A stretch of DNA of 64,000 nucleotides from an uncultured Acidobacteriota bacterium (GTDB lineage: Bacteria; Acidobacteriota; JAQAZP01). The stretch covers positions 3,452,850 to 3,516,849 of the forward strand of contig CAWIIB010000009.1 in assembly GCA_963836075.1 (NCBI GenBank), in the 5' to 3' direction. Positions 1-10,096 of the stretch are shown here, piece after piece. The position numbers were made by a program, and so were the translations under genes. Each line of letters starts with the position of its first letter. Position 1 is the first letter of the stretch. The notes under the pieces were generated by a model, which was not told the DNA's origin, ran no database searches, and saw nothing but the letters and a program-made list of their open reading frames with translations.

Positions 1-1
1 G

Positions 2-1525
2 GCCCGGGACCGCTTCGGCATCTGCCCCCTCTTCACCTGCCGTCACGGCGGCCGGCTCTATTTCGCTTCGGAGATCAAGGCATTTCTGGCCATCCCCGGC
101 CTCTCGCTGAACATCGACCCCCAGGCGCTGGACCAGGTCTTCACCCTCTGGACCGTGTTGCCGCGCAAGACCATCTTCAGCGAGGTGCGCACCCTGCCCG
201 CCGGCCACCTGCTGGTGGTGCGCCAGGGGCGGCGTGAGCTGAAGCGTTACTGGGACCTCCGCTTCCCCGGTCGTGACGACTTCGCCGACCTTTCACTGGA
301 CGAGGTCAGCGGGACGATCCACGAGATGGTCAAGGACGCGGTGCGCATCCGGCTGCGGGCCGACGTGCCGGTGGGCGGCTACCTCAGCGGCGGCCTCGAC
401 TCGTCGATCATCGCGTCCTCGGTGCGCCACTTCACCGACACGCCGCTGGAGACGTTTTCCATCGCTTTTTCCGACCCCCGGTATGACGAGTCGCCATACC
501 AGGAGCAGGTGGCCGCGCACCTCGGCACCAGGCACAACGTGGTGCGCATCGCTTACGACGACGTGGGGCGGAGTTTCCCCCGGGTGATCTGGCACGGTGA
601 AAAACCGGTGCTCCGCGCTGCCCCGGCGCCGATGTTCCTGCTCTCCCGTCTGGTGCGCCAGCGGGACTTCAAGGTGGTGCTCACCGGGGAAGGGGCGGAC
701 GAGCTGTTCGCCGGCTACGACATCTTCAAGGAGAGCAAGGTGCGACGTTTCTGGGCCCGGCAGCCCGACTCGGCCTGGCGCTACCTGCTGCTGCAGCGGC
801 TCTATCCCCATGCGCAGATCGACCTGAAAAAGGGCGGGGGGATGTTCGTCGCCTTCTACCGTCGCGGCCTCGAGGAGACCGGCGACTTCGGCTACTCCCA
901 CCGGACCACCTGGAACAACACTGCCGCGATCAAGATGTTTCTCAATGCCGACCTGCGGGACGAGCTTGATGGCTACGACTGCACCGAAGAGATCGAGTAC
1001 TCGCTGCCCGCCGATTTCCGGCGCTGGCACCCGCTGAACCAGGCGCAGTACCTGGAGTGCCGCTTGCTGCTCTCCGAGTATCTGCTGAACAGCCAGGGCG
1101 AACGGATGGCCATGGCCCATTCGGTGGAGGGCCGCTTCCCCTTCCTCGACCACCGGCTGGCCGAGTATGCCGCCACCATCCCCCCCAGGCTGAAGATCCG
1201 CGGCCTCAACGAGAAATACGCATTGAAAAAAGCCTTTGTCGGCCTGCTCCCCGAGGAGATCACCGCGCGGAACAAGCAGCCCTACGGCGCGCCGAACAAG
1301 GAGAGTTTCTTCACCGACCCGCTGCCCGGCTACCTGGAAGAGGACCTCTCGCCGGAAGCGGTGAAGCGGGCCGGGCTCTTCGAGCCGGCGGCGGTGGAAC
1401 GGCTGCTGAAGAAGTGCTCGGTGGGCAAGGCCGCCGGCTTTCGCGACAACGCGGCCTTCCTCGGCATCCTCTCCACCCAGATCCTCCACCGGCTCTTCGT
1501 GGAGCGGAAGTTCGAGGATATCTGA
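2..1525 (+). CDS. asnB: Asparagine synthase (glutamine-hydrolysing) family amidotransferase, 5' partial
   Basis: The frame is open from the window edge (ARDRFGICPL). Motifs LSGGLDSS, VVLTGEGADELFAGY and MAHSVEGRFPFLDH are present. Confidence 0.9.
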   Translation, partial: ARDRFGICPLFTCRHGGRLYFASEIKAFLAIPGLSLNIDPQALDQVFTLWTVLPRKTIFSEVRTLPAGHLLVVRQGRRELKRYWDLRFPGRDDFADLSLDEVSGTIHEMVKDAVRIRLRADVPVGGYLSGGLDSSIIASSVRHFTDTPLETFSIAFSDPRYDESPYQEQVAAHLGTRHNVVRIAYDDVGRSFPRVIWHGEKPVLRAAPAPMFLLSRLVRQRDFKVVLTGEGADELFAGYDIFKESKVRRFWARQPDSAWRYLLLQRLYPHAQIDLKKGGGMFVAFYRRGLEETGDFGYSHRTTWNNTAAIKMFLNADLRDELDGYDCTEEIEYSLPADFRRWHPLNQAQYLECRLLLSEYLLNSQGERMAMAHSVEGRFPFLDHRLAEYAATIPPRLKIRGLNEKYALKKAFVGLLPEEITARNKQPYGAPNKESFFTDPLPGYLEEDLSPEAVKRAGLFEPAAVERLLKKCSVGKAAGFRDNAAFLGILSTQILHRLFVERKFEDI

Positions 1526-1626
1526 GATTTTCAGCTTGGCCTTTCATCCATAATCGTCTAAAATCATGCACGATATCCCATTGTAGACAATACACTGATA
1601 TTCCAGACAACCTTCAAGGAGGAAAA

Positions 1627-2211
1627 ATGCCTTCACTACGTCTGTTTGGTGTTGTGCTCCTGCTTCTAGCTTTGCCTTTCACCGTGGCTCTGGCCGAAGA
1701 GAATGACCCCGGGAAATACGAGGAGGCAAGAACGGTCTTCGTCAATGCCGGTGAGAGCGGCCACTACTTTGACAACTGCTACGGCTATGCCCTCTTTCCC
1801 ACCATCGGCAAGGGCGGCATGGGGATCGGCGGCGCCCACGGCGAGGGCCGGGTCTATGTCGGTGGCAAGCATGTGGGGAATACCAAGATGAGCCAACTGA
1901 GCATCGGCTTCCAGTTCGGCGGCCAGGCTTACAGCCAGATCATCTTTTTCGAGGACAAGAGGGCTTTCGACGAGTTTACCAGCGGTAATTTTGAGTTCGG
2001 CGCCCAGGCCACAGCGGTGGCCATTACGGCCGGCGCCTCGGCCACGTCCTCCACGGCGGGCGGCGCTTCCGCCGGCGCCAGCGGTGGAAAGAACGATGCC
2101 ACCACCACCGGCAATTACCACAAGGGGATGGCGGTCTTCACCGTGGCCAAGGGCGGCCTGATGTACGAGGCGACCATCGGCGGGCAGAAGTTCAAATACA
2201 AGGCAAAATAG
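1627..2211 (+). CDS. Secreted YSC84/SYLF lipid-binding domain protein, copy 1
   Basis: AAGGAGG RBS, then ATG at 1627. Signal peptide. Motifs YALFPTIGKGG, GFQFGGQ and KGGLMYEATIGGQKF. Confidence 0.85.
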   Translation: MPSLRLFGVVLLLLALPFTVALAEENDPGKYEEARTVFVNAGESGHYFDNCYGYALFPTIGKGGMGIGGAHGEGRVYVGGKHVGNTKMSQLSIGFQFGGQAYSQIIFFEDKRAFDEFTSGNFEFGAQATAVAITAGASATSSTAGGASAGASGGKNDATTTGNYHKGMAVFTVAKGGLMYEATIGGQKFKYKAK

Positions 2212-2304
2212 CTCTTATATTTTGAGTTTTTTGCTCCACGAGAACAGCGAGTTGATCTCTTCGGTGTCCAGCAGAAACGTTTCAACAACCGTCAAGGAGA
2301 AAAA

Positions 2305-2889
2305 ATGCGTCTATTCATTCGTCTTTCGGTGATCTTCCTGGTTTTGGCATTGCCCTTCACCGTGGTCCTGGCCGAAGATGACGACCCCGGGAAGTATGAG
2401 GAGACAAAAACGATCTTCATCAATGCCGGGCAGAGCGGTACTTTCTTCGAAAACTGTTATGGCTATGCCCTGTTTCCCACAATCGGTAAGGGCGGTTTGA
2501 TTGTTGGAGGTGCCCATGGCAAGGGCCGGGTCTATGTGGATGGCAAACATGTCGGAGACACCACGATGGACCAGATGACGATTGGTCTTCAGGCCGGCGG
2601 AGAGGCGTTCAGCCAGATCATCTTCTTCCAGGACAAGCGTGCTTTCGACGAGTTCGCCAGCGGCAGTTTCGAGTTCGGTGCCCAGGCCAAGGCGGTGGCC
2701 ATCACCTCCGGCGCTGCGGCCGGATCCTCGACAGGCGGCGGAGGAACCGCCGGGGCCAGCGGCGGAAAGAATGATGCGGTCACCGCCGGCGACTATCACA
2801 AGGGTATGGCTATCTTCACCGTGGCCAAGGGCGGGCTGCTCTTTGAAGCCAGTATCGGTGGGCAGCAGTTTACATATACCGCCAAGTAG
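2305..2889 (+). CDS. Secreted YSC84/SYLF lipid-binding domain protein, copy 2 (tandem paralog)
   Basis: AAGGAG RBS. Same length (194 aa) and collinear with copy 1. Confidence 0.85.
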   Translation: MRLFIRLSVIFLVLALPFTVVLAEDDDPGKYEETKTIFINAGQSGTFFENCYGYALFPTIGKGGLIVGGAHGKGRVYVDGKHVGDTTMDQMTIGLQAGGEAFSQIIFFQDKRAFDEFASGSFEFGAQAKAVAITSGAAAGSSTGGGGTAGASGGKNDAVTAGDYHKGMAIFTVAKGGLLFEASIGGQQFTYTAK

Positions 2890-3025
2890 TATCGCCTCTG
2901 TTCCCGCTGGGGACGACGGTTATATCGTTTCCAGCGGGGGCCGCGCCAGGCTCGAGTATCGGGTCGCCACTTTCTGAATGATTCTCTTGGTCATAGATCC
3001 CGGTGCCCCAATGTGAGGTGACCAG

Positions 3026-3745
3026 GTGCCTCTGCTCGTATCCGTGGTTGTGCCCTTCCTTAACGAGCTTGAAAACGTGGAGCCGCTGGTGCGGCAGGTG
3101 GGCGAGGTCTTTGCCGGTCTTCCGGACTGGGACCATGAACTGATCCTGGTGGACGATGGCAGCAGTGACGGCACCGGTGACCGGATCAGGGAGTTGGCCG
3201 AGGCCGAGCCCGCGGTCCGGCCGCTGATTTTCGACCGTAACTACGGCCAGTCGGCGGCCCTGGTGGCCGGCATGAGGCTGGCCGCGGGCGAACGGATCCT
3301 GACGCTCGACGGCGACCTGCAGAATGATCCCCGGGACTTTCCGGCGGTGCTGGCCAAACTGGAGACCCACGACGCCGTGTTCGGCTACCGGGCCGGCCGG
3401 CAGGACCGCTGGCTGCGCAGGTCCTCCAGCCGGGTGGCCAACATGGTGCGGAACTGGGTGCTGCGGGACGGTGTGCGCGACAGCGGCTGCGGCCTCAAGG
3501 GGTTCCGCCGCAGCGTGATACCGCACCTGGTCTCCTTCAACGGCGCCCACCGTTTCCTTGCCGTGACCGTGCGTATGGCCGGGTTGACCATCGCCGAGGT
3601 TCCGGCCCGCCACCACCCGCGGCGCCACGGTGCCTCCAAATACGGGGTGCACAACCGGCTCTGGCGCAGCCTCCGTGATCTGGCTGGGGTGCGCTGGCTC
3701 CGTGCGCGGTATGTCAACCCAAAAAACAGGGGGAGTGACCGGTGA
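3026..3745 (+). CDS. Glycosyltransferase family 2 (polyprenol-phosphate sugar transferase-like)
   Basis: Motifs SVVVPFLNE, VDDGSSD, RNYGQSAA, LDGDLQNDP and DSGCGLK. Confidence 0.9.
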   Translation: MPLLVSVVVPFLNELENVEPLVRQVGEVFAGLPDWDHELILVDDGSSDGTGDRIRELAEAEPAVRPLIFDRNYGQSAALVAGMRLAAGERILTLDGDLQNDPRDFPAVLAKLETHDAVFGYRAGRQDRWLRRSSSRVANMVRNWVLRDGVRDSGCGLKGFRRSVIPHLVSFNGAHRFLAVTVRMAGLTIAEVPARHHPRRHGASKYGVHNRLWRSLRDLAGVRWLRARYVNPKNRGSDR

Positions 3746-5196
3746 AGGACAAGAACCACGAAGTGCCGCTGCTCGATCCCGAGGAGTTCCGCCGGCAGGC
3801 CCACCAGGTGGCCGACTGGATGGCCGACTACCTGCGGGATGTGAAGGACCTTCCGGTGGTGCCGTCCACCGAACCGGGGTCGATCCGGGCCTCGCTGCCC
3901 GCCGATCCGCCGGAAGCGGGGGAGCCCTTCCAGGCGCTGTTCGACGACTTTCGCAACCTGGTGGTTCCGGGAATGACCCACTGGAACCATCCCGGCTGGT
4001 TCGCCTACTTTCCGGCCAACACCAGTCCGCCCTCGATCCTGGCCGAGATGCTCACCGCCGCCCTGGGCGCCCAGTGCATGTCCTGGCAGACATCGCCGGC
4101 GGCCACCGAGCTGGAGCAGGTGGTGATGGGCTGGCTGGGGAAGATGCTCGGTCTGCCCGAAGGCTTCAGCGGTGTGATCCAGGACACCGCATCCACCGCC
4201 ACCCTGGTGGCCCTGCTCACCGCCCGGGAACGGGCCACCGGTTACGACTTCAACACCGACGGCGCAGCGGCCCCCGGTGCGCGGCGGCTCACCGTCTACG
4301 CCTCCACCGAGGCCCACTCCTCGGTGGACAAGGCGGTCAAGCTTGCCGGCCTGGGGCTGGCCCGCTATCGCCGCATCGCGGTGGACCGGAACTTCGCCCT
4401 CGACCCGGTGGCCCTGGAAAAGGCCATGGTCCGTGACGTGGACGAGGGACTGATCCCCTGTGCCGTGGTGGGGGTCACCGGCACCACATCTTCGACGGCC
4501 ATCGATCCGCTGCGCAAGATCGGTGAACTCTGCCGGCGGTTCGGGGCCTGGTTCCATGTCGATGCGGCCTACGCCGGCTCGGCAGCGATCCTCCCCGAGC
4601 GGCGGGCGATCCTCGATGGCGTTGAACTGGCCGACTCCTTTGTCTTCAATCCCCACAAGTGGCTGTTCACCAACTTCGACTGCTCGGCCTATTTTGTCCG
4701 CGACCGGGATGCGCTGCTGCGCACGTTTTCCATGACCCCCGAATACCTGAAGACGGCCCATGACGATGAGGTGGTCAATTTTCGTGACTGGGGCATCCAG
4801 CTGGGCCGGAGATTCAGGGCGCTGAAACTCTGGTTTGTCATCCGCAGTTTCGGTGTGCAAGGGTTGCGGGAGAAGCTGCGCGGGCACATCGCCCTGGCCG
4901 AGAGTTTCGCCCGGCGGGTGGAGCAGCACCCGGAGTTCGAACTGCTGGCCCCGGCCCCCTTCGGCCTGGTCTGTTTCCGCCACCGGCCCCCGGGTATGGC
5001 TGCGGACGATCCCCGGCTGGACCGGCTCAACCAGGGACTGCTGGAAGAGGTCAATGCCGACGGCCGCGTCCATCTGACCCACACCACTCTGGGCGGCCGG
5101 TACACCATCCGCCTCTCGGTGGGGCAGTTGAACAGTTCGGCCAGGGAAGTGGATCTGGCCTGGAAGCTGTTCAGCGAGGCGGTGGAAAAGAAATAG
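3742..5196 (+). CDS. PLP-dependent aromatic-L-amino-acid decarboxylase family protein
   Basis: Motifs THWNHP, SPAATELE, HVDAAYAG, FNPHKW (PLP lysine) and GRRFRALKLW. Confidence 0.92.
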   Translation: MKDKNHEVPLLDPEEFRRQAHQVADWMADYLRDVKDLPVVPSTEPGSIRASLPADPPEAGEPFQALFDDFRNLVVPGMTHWNHPGWFAYFPANTSPPSILAEMLTAALGAQCMSWQTSPAATELEQVVMGWLGKMLGLPEGFSGVIQDTASTATLVALLTARERATGYDFNTDGAAAPGARRLTVYASTEAHSSVDKAVKLAGLGLARYRRIAVDRNFALDPVALEKAMVRDVDEGLIPCAVVGVTGTTSSTAIDPLRKIGELCRRFGAWFHVDAAYAGSAAILPERRAILDGVELADSFVFNPHKWLFTNFDCSAYFVRDRDALLRTFSMTPEYLKTAHDDEVVNFRDWGIQLGRRFRALKLWFVIRSFGVQGLREKLRGHIALAESFARRVEQHPEFELLAPAPFGLVCFRHRPPGMAADDPRLDRLNQGLLEEVNADGRVHLTHTTLGGRYTIRLSVGQLNSSAREVDLAWKLFSEAVEKK

Positions 5197-5236
5197 TTCC
5201 GTCGATCAAGGGGCTGGTCTGTGTCTCTTCGGTCAA

Positions 5237-5464
5237 CTACTCTTCAACGCCGAATTCCTTGCGCAGTGCCCGGTATCGTTCAACCAGTTCCAGCTCGTGA
5301 CGGATCTCATCATCGTACAGCTCTTCGAGGACCGCCCTGGTCCGTTCGTCATCGCAGAGATCGAGCGCCTCCTTGTACATGGTCTGCGCCCTTCGCTCAT
5401 CTTCCACCGCCTGCTTGAACAGGGTGAACAGTTTCGAAACTCTGTCGGGTATCGGATTTTCCAT
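5237..5464 (-). CDS. Small ferritin-like/rubrerythrin-domain protein (75 aa)
   Basis: GGGAGG RBS. The pattern AVEDE..A...Y...DEIRH is typical of half a four-helix diiron fold. Confidence 0.75.
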   Translation of the reverse strand: MENPIPDRVSKLFTLFKQAVEDERRAQTMYKEALDLCDDERTRAVLEELYDDEIRHELELVERYRALRKEFGVEE

Positions 5465-5765
5465 CAGTTTGACCTCCCTGCTTGTCCGGTTCCCGGCTAA
5501 AAAATGGCCCGAACTCATTTATCCGACCAGGCCGCCAGTTCGTTGCCACCGGGGTCGTTTCGTGAAAGCGTCTCCCGCCTGGGATCTCGAAAATCGGGCG
5601 GACGATCACTCCTCCGAGTTATCTGTTGCAACTTGTGCTCCTGAATAGTTTAGTCTAAAAAGGTCTGTGCATGTATATCAACATGCACTGGCGGGCAGGG
5701 ATTTTCCCGGCAGGATAAAAGTCGCTGGAACCGAACGGTTATCAGGTGTAAATTGATGTTGGCGG

Positions 5766-5795
5766 TTGACTTTCTCCCGGCTGGAGACCTATAAT
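5766..5795 (+). promoter_or_regulatory. sigma70 promoter of the nfeD operon
   Basis: TTGACT-N18-TATAAT. Confidence 0.7.
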
Positions 5796-5821
5796 CTATT
5801 TAGGAAAACAAAGGTATTAGA

Positions 5822-7117
5822 ATGAGCAGATTACATTTGATCGGGGCCCTGCTTGCCTCGGTGTTGCTGATCCTGGTGTCGGTTGCCGGGCAAGCGTCGG
5901 TGCGTCACCTCGTGGTGGAGGAAAACATCCACCGGGTGACGGAGGAGTTCATCCGCCAGGGAATCGAAAAGGCCAACCAGCAGGGTGACAGCCTGGTGAT
6001 CATCCAGCTGGAAACTCCTGGTGGCCTGCTCCCCGAGACCGAGCACATCGTCCAGGCGATCATGGGCTCCGAAGTGCCGGTGGTGGTCTTTGTCGGTCCC
6101 ACCGGGGCGTCGGCTCTCTCCGCCGGTTTCTTCATCACGCTCTCCGCTGATTTCGCCATCATGGCTCCCGGCACCACCATCGGTGCGGCCCACCCGGTCC
6201 TCCAGGGGCAGGAAGAGGTGGGCGAGGTGATGCAGGACAAAATGACCAACTCCGCCGCGGCCCAGATCAGGGGTATCGCCGAGCAGCGGGGACGCAATGT
6301 GGAGCTGGCCGAGAAGGGGGTCACCGAGAGCCTCTCCTTCACCGACCAGGAGGCGCTGGAGCAGGGCCTGATCGACTACATCTGTCATGACCTGGATGAG
6401 ATCCTGGCCACTCTGCAGGATGCCGAAGTGACGCGGGCCCCGGACCGGGTGATCTCCATCGATCTCACCGGCCAGACGGTGGTCCGCGAGGAGATGAACT
6501 TCCGCCAGCGGCTGCTCAGCATCGTGGCCAACCCCAACATCGCATTCATCCTGATGGGCCTGGGCATGCTGGGCCTCTATGTCGAGTTTTCCCACCCCGG
6601 GATGATCCTGCCCGGGGTCTTCGGGCTGATCTGCCTGGTGCTCGCCTTTTTCGGGCTGTCGATCCTGCCGGTGAACTACGTCGGCGCTGCGCTGATCGTC
6701 CTGGGTATCGTGTTATTGGTTGCGGAGGTCAAAGTGGTCAGTTACGGCATGTTGTCGCTGGGCGGGGTGACCTCGCTCCTGGTGGGCTCGATGATGCTCA
6801 TCGACGGCCCGATCCCGGCCATGCGCATCGGTCTGGGCGTGGCCCTGCCGGTGGTGCTGGCCATCGTTTTCATCGTCGCCTTCCTGCTGCGGCTGGTCAT
6901 GGCCAGCCACCGTCGCCAGGTGGCCACCGGTATCGAAGGCCTGGTGGGGGAGGGGGGCGTGGTTCGCCTGGCCCTCGATCCCCGGGGCAAGGTGGCGGTC
7001 CACGGCGAGTTATGGGATGCGGTGAGCGATGTGACTCTCGCTCCCGGGGACGAGGTGGAGGTTACTGCCGTGCAGGGTATGCTGCTTCATGTCCGCCGCC
7101 GGCACGGAACGCACTGA
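5822..7117 (+). CDS. nfeD: NfeD family membrane-bound serine protease
   Basis: Motifs LETPGG, ALSAG and [11 protein letters not shown], followed by a TM region and a C-terminal OB fold (HGELW). Adjacent to a stomatin gene. Confidence 0.92.
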   Translation: MSRLHLIGALLASVLLILVSVAGQASVRHLVVEENIHRVTEEFIRQGIEKANQQGDSLVIIQLETPGGLLPETEHIVQAIMGSEVPVVVFVGPTGASALSAGFFITLSADFAIMAPGTTIGAAHPVLQGQEEVGEVMQDKMTNSAAAQIRGIAEQRGRNVELAEKGVTESLSFTDQEALEQGLIDYICHDLDEILATLQDAEVTRAPDRVISIDLTGQTVVREEMNFRQRLLSIVANPNIAFILMGLGMLGLYVEFSHPGMILPGVFGLICLVLAFFGLSILPVNYVGAALIVLGIVLLVAEVKVVSYGMLSLGGVTSLLVGSMMLIDGPIPAMRIGLGVALPVVLAIVFIVAFLLRLVMASHRRQVATGIEGLVGEGGVVRLALDPRGKVAVHGELWDAVSDVTLAPGDEVEVTAVQGMLLHVRRRHGTH

Positions 7118-7175
7118 ACTCCCGGCGGCCCGGGACAACACCGGAAGCTTTACATTCATCGGAGGGATGACTCCC

Positions 7176-7940
7176 ATGCAATTCTCACTGATCTTCGTAG
7201 TTGTCGTTGTGCTCTGGCTCTTCTCCTGCATCAAGATCCTGCGGGAATACGAGCGGGGCGTGATCTTTCGCCTCGGCCGGATGCTGCACCAGGCCAAGGG
7301 GCCGGGGATCATTTTCGTCTTTACGCCCTTTGACCGCATGGTGCGGGTGGGACTGCGCACCGTGGTGCTCGACGTGCCGCCCCAGGACATCATCACCCGG
7401 GACAACGTCTCGGTGAAGGTCAACGCGGTCCTCTACTTCCGGGTCCTGGAACCGAACAAGGCGGTGGTGGAGGTGGAGAACTACATGTACGCCACCTCCC
7501 AGCTGGCCCAGACCACCCTGCGCAGCGTTCTCGGCCAGGCCGAGCTGGACGAACTGCTCAGCGACCGGGAAAAGCTCAACGTCAAGCTGCAGAGCATCCT
7601 CGACGAGCACACCGACCCCTGGGGGATCAAGGTCTCCAACGTGGAGGTGAAACACGTCGACCTGCCGGTGGAGATGCAGCGGGCGATGGCCAAGCAGGCC
7701 GAGGCCGAGCGCGAGAAGCGGGCCAAGATCATCCACGCCGACGGTGAGTTCCAGGCGTCGGGCAAGTTGGCCGATGCGGCGGAGGTGGTGGGACGGCACC
7801 CGATAGCCCTCCAACTCCGATACCTGCAAACACTGAACGAAATATCCGTGGAAAAGAACTCCACCATCATCTTCCCCCTGCCGATTGATATATTGGAGTA
7901 CTTTACCAGGCAGGCGAAGTCTGCCCGGAAAGAAGAATAA
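7176..7940 (+). CDS. Slipin/stomatin (SPFH/band 7) protein
   Basis: Motifs [31 protein letters not shown] and LQLRYLQTL. Confidence 0.93.
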   Translation: MQFSLIFVVVVVLWLFSCIKILREYERGVIFRLGRMLHQAKGPGIIFVFTPFDRMVRVGLRTVVLDVPPQDIITRDNVSVKVNAVLYFRVLEPNKAVVEVENYMYATSQLAQTTLRSVLGQAELDELLSDREKLNVKLQSILDEHTDPWGIKVSNVEVKHVDLPVEMQRAMAKQAEAEREKRAKIIHADGEFQASGKLADAAEVVGRHPIALQLRYLQTLNEISVEKNSTIIFPLPIDILEYFTRQAKSARKEE

Positions 7941-7976
7941 CGAAAAATCGGCCCGGCCGACGGAGAGCAGGAGCAC

Positions 7977-9422
7977 GTGAGCGACCAGTTCGAGATCAGG
8001 AACCTGATGAGAGAACGGATTCTCATCGTCGAAGCCCACCAGGAGACCGCCAGGGTTTTGGAAGAGGCCCTGGATGGCAAGGGCTTTCACGTGCAGCTGG
8101 CCAGCGGGGTGATCCAGGGTCGCCGGATCCTCGATTCCGAGCCGGTGGACGTGGTGATCACCGATGTCAGCCACCCGGATTGCGGTGGCGGCGACTTTCT
8201 CCGTTCCATCGGCGACTCGCCGCTGGTCTCGATCATCGCCACCGGTGAAGCCACTGTGCGCGAGGCGGTGGAGGCGATGCGCGACGGCGCGTTCCACTAC
8301 CTGCCCCGGCCGGTGGACGGCGAGGAGTTTCTCCACGTGCTGGAAAAGTGTCTGGCCCACCGCAGGCTTTCCCACGAGAATCTCGCTCTGCGGCGCGAGG
8401 CCACCCTGTTCAAGATCATCAAGAGCGTTTCGGTGACCCTCGACCTGCAGCGGCTGATCCAGCTGGTTATGGACTCCTCCATGGAGCTCTCCGGCGGCAC
8501 CAGCGGCTCGCTGCTGCTGCTGAACAAGGATTCCAGGTCGCTGACCTACCACGCGCTCCGTGGAGTGGAGAAGACCGTGGAGACCGACGGCCGTTTCGGT
8601 TTCAGCGAGAATTACCTGCTCAGCCTGATCCGCAGCGGGAAATCGGTGCTCGATGCCGGCACCGGCACCCCGCTCCCTGAGCTGGGCGGCCGTTCTGTTC
8701 GCTCGGCGCTGATCTGCCCGGTGGTCTCGGAGCCCCGGCCCCTGGGCTTGATCATGTCCATCCGCGACGAGCGCACCGGCAAGGGGTTCTCCGACGTGGA
8801 TGTGCGGATGCTGAGCACCTTCAGCAGCGAGATCGCCGAGTCGCTGCACAATGCCAAGGTGCTGAAAAAGACCCGGGAACTGACGGTGAAGGACGATCTC
8901 ACCGACGCGTACAACCGGAGGTTCTTCGAAACCTACCTCGAGGAAGAGCTGAAACGGGCCCGGCGTTTTGGCAGCCCGTTGTCGTTGATCTTCATGGACG
9001 TGGACAACCTCAAGGACGTCAACAACCGCTTCGGCCACCTGATGGGGTCCCACGTGCTCAAGGTGATCACCCACCGGGTGATCATGACCATCCGCGGGAT
9101 CGACAAGGTTATCCGCTACGGTGGAGACGAGTTCTGCATCCTGCTCCCCGAGACCGACACCCGGGGCGCGCAGGTGGTGGCCGAGCGGATTCGCGAGACC
9201 ATCGCCCGCGAACCGATCGTTTTCGATCAGCAACACGAGGTCACGCTCACCAGCAGTTTCGGCATCGCCTCCTTTCCCCAGCACGCCGGCAACGCGGAGC
9301 AGCTGCTCCGCCAGGCCGACCGGGCCCTGTTCGGGATCAAAAACCGGGACAAGAACGGGGTGGGGGTGGCGACCACGGAAAGCGAGATCTCCCCCTTCAA
9401 CAAGAAGAGTCGCCGCAACTGA
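7977..9422 (+). CDS. Diguanylate cyclase with REC-GAF-GGDEF architecture
   Basis: Receiver domain (VVITD), a GAF-like middle region, DDLTDAYNRR, I-site RGID and an intact GGDEF. Confidence 0.9.
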   Translation: MSDQFEIRNLMRERILIVEAHQETARVLEEALDGKGFHVQLASGVIQGRRILDSEPVDVVITDVSHPDCGGGDFLRSIGDSPLVSIIATGEATVREAVEAMRDGAFHYLPRPVDGEEFLHVLEKCLAHRRLSHENLALRREATLFKIIKSVSVTLDLQRLIQLVMDSSMELSGGTSGSLLLLNKDSRSLTYHALRGVEKTVETDGRFGFSENYLLSLIRSGKSVLDAGTGTPLPELGGRSVRSALICPVVSEPRPLGLIMSIRDERTGKGFSDVDVRMLSTFSSEIAESLHNAKVLKKTRELTVKDDLTDAYNRRFFETYLEEELKRARRFGSPLSLIFMDVDNLKDVNNRFGHLMGSHVLKVITHRVIMTIRGIDKVIRYGGDEFCILLPETDTRGAQVVAERIRETIAREPIVFDQQHEVTLTSSFGIASFPQHAGNAEQLLRQADRALFGIKNRDKNGVGVATTESEISPFNKKSRRN

Positions 9423-9457
9423 GCCTTTCCACCTGTGCAGATCGCCTGACCATTGTC

Positions 9458-10096
9458 ATGCTGGCCCTCCTGCTTGTGCCGGCCTGCGGGGCGCCGCGCG
9501 CTGCGCCGCCCGCGTCCGGTTCCCCGTCCGCCGTGCCCGCGGCACCCGTCACGCCGGCCCCGACGCGGGAACGGCCGCAGGTGGTGTTCTTTGACAGTGG
9601 TGAGTACGCCGCTGCTGCCGTGGACGGTCTGGCCGGCACCGCGGCCTGCGCCGAGTGTCACGAGGCCGAATACGACCACTGGCGGCGCACGCCCCACGCC
9701 CGGGCCATGGCCGATGCCGCCGGTCCCCGCGGCACGGCGGAGGTGAGTTGCCTGCGCTGCCACGCCTCCCTGGTGGTTGTCCCGAAAGAGGCTGCCGAAC
9801 GGCTGAGCCTGGATCTCCAGGGTGTGGGGTGCGAGTCCTGCCACGGCCCTGGCCTGGCACACGCCGGGGATCCCGAATCGGTGGGCCTGATCTCCGGTGT
9901 GCGGGACGGCTGTGCGGAGTGCAACTTCCGCAGCCTGTGCCAGGTGTGCCACAATACCGAGGGTGATCCCGATTTCAAGTACTTTGCCGCCTACCGCCGG
10001 GCGGGTCATTCCCAGATGGACGAGGATGACGACGGCGGGGATATCCCGCTGGAGGGGACCGGCGGCCCGGCGTGCAGACGCGGCGCGAACCAATGA
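9458..10096 (+). CDS. Multiheme (c554-like) cytochrome c lipoprotein
   Basis: Lipobox-like LVPAC. Four CxxCH motifs (CAECH, CLRCH, CESCH, CQVCH) and VGCESCHGPG. Confidence 0.8.
   Translation: MLALLLVPACGAPRAAPPASGSPSAVPAAPVTPAPTRERPQVVFFDSGEYAAAAVDGLAGTAACAECHEAEYDHWRRTPHARAMADAAGPRGTAEVSCLRCHASLVVVPKEAAERLSLDLQGVGCESCHGPGLAHAGDPESVGLISGVRDGCAECNFRSLCQVCHNTEGDPDFKYFAAYRRAGHSQMDEDDDGGDIPLEGTGGPACRRGANQ

Noticed and set aside
1057-1626. Long N-terminal extension of the first YSC84 ORF
   Set aside because: It overlaps asnB out of frame. The RBS, signal peptide and paralogue all place the start at 1627.
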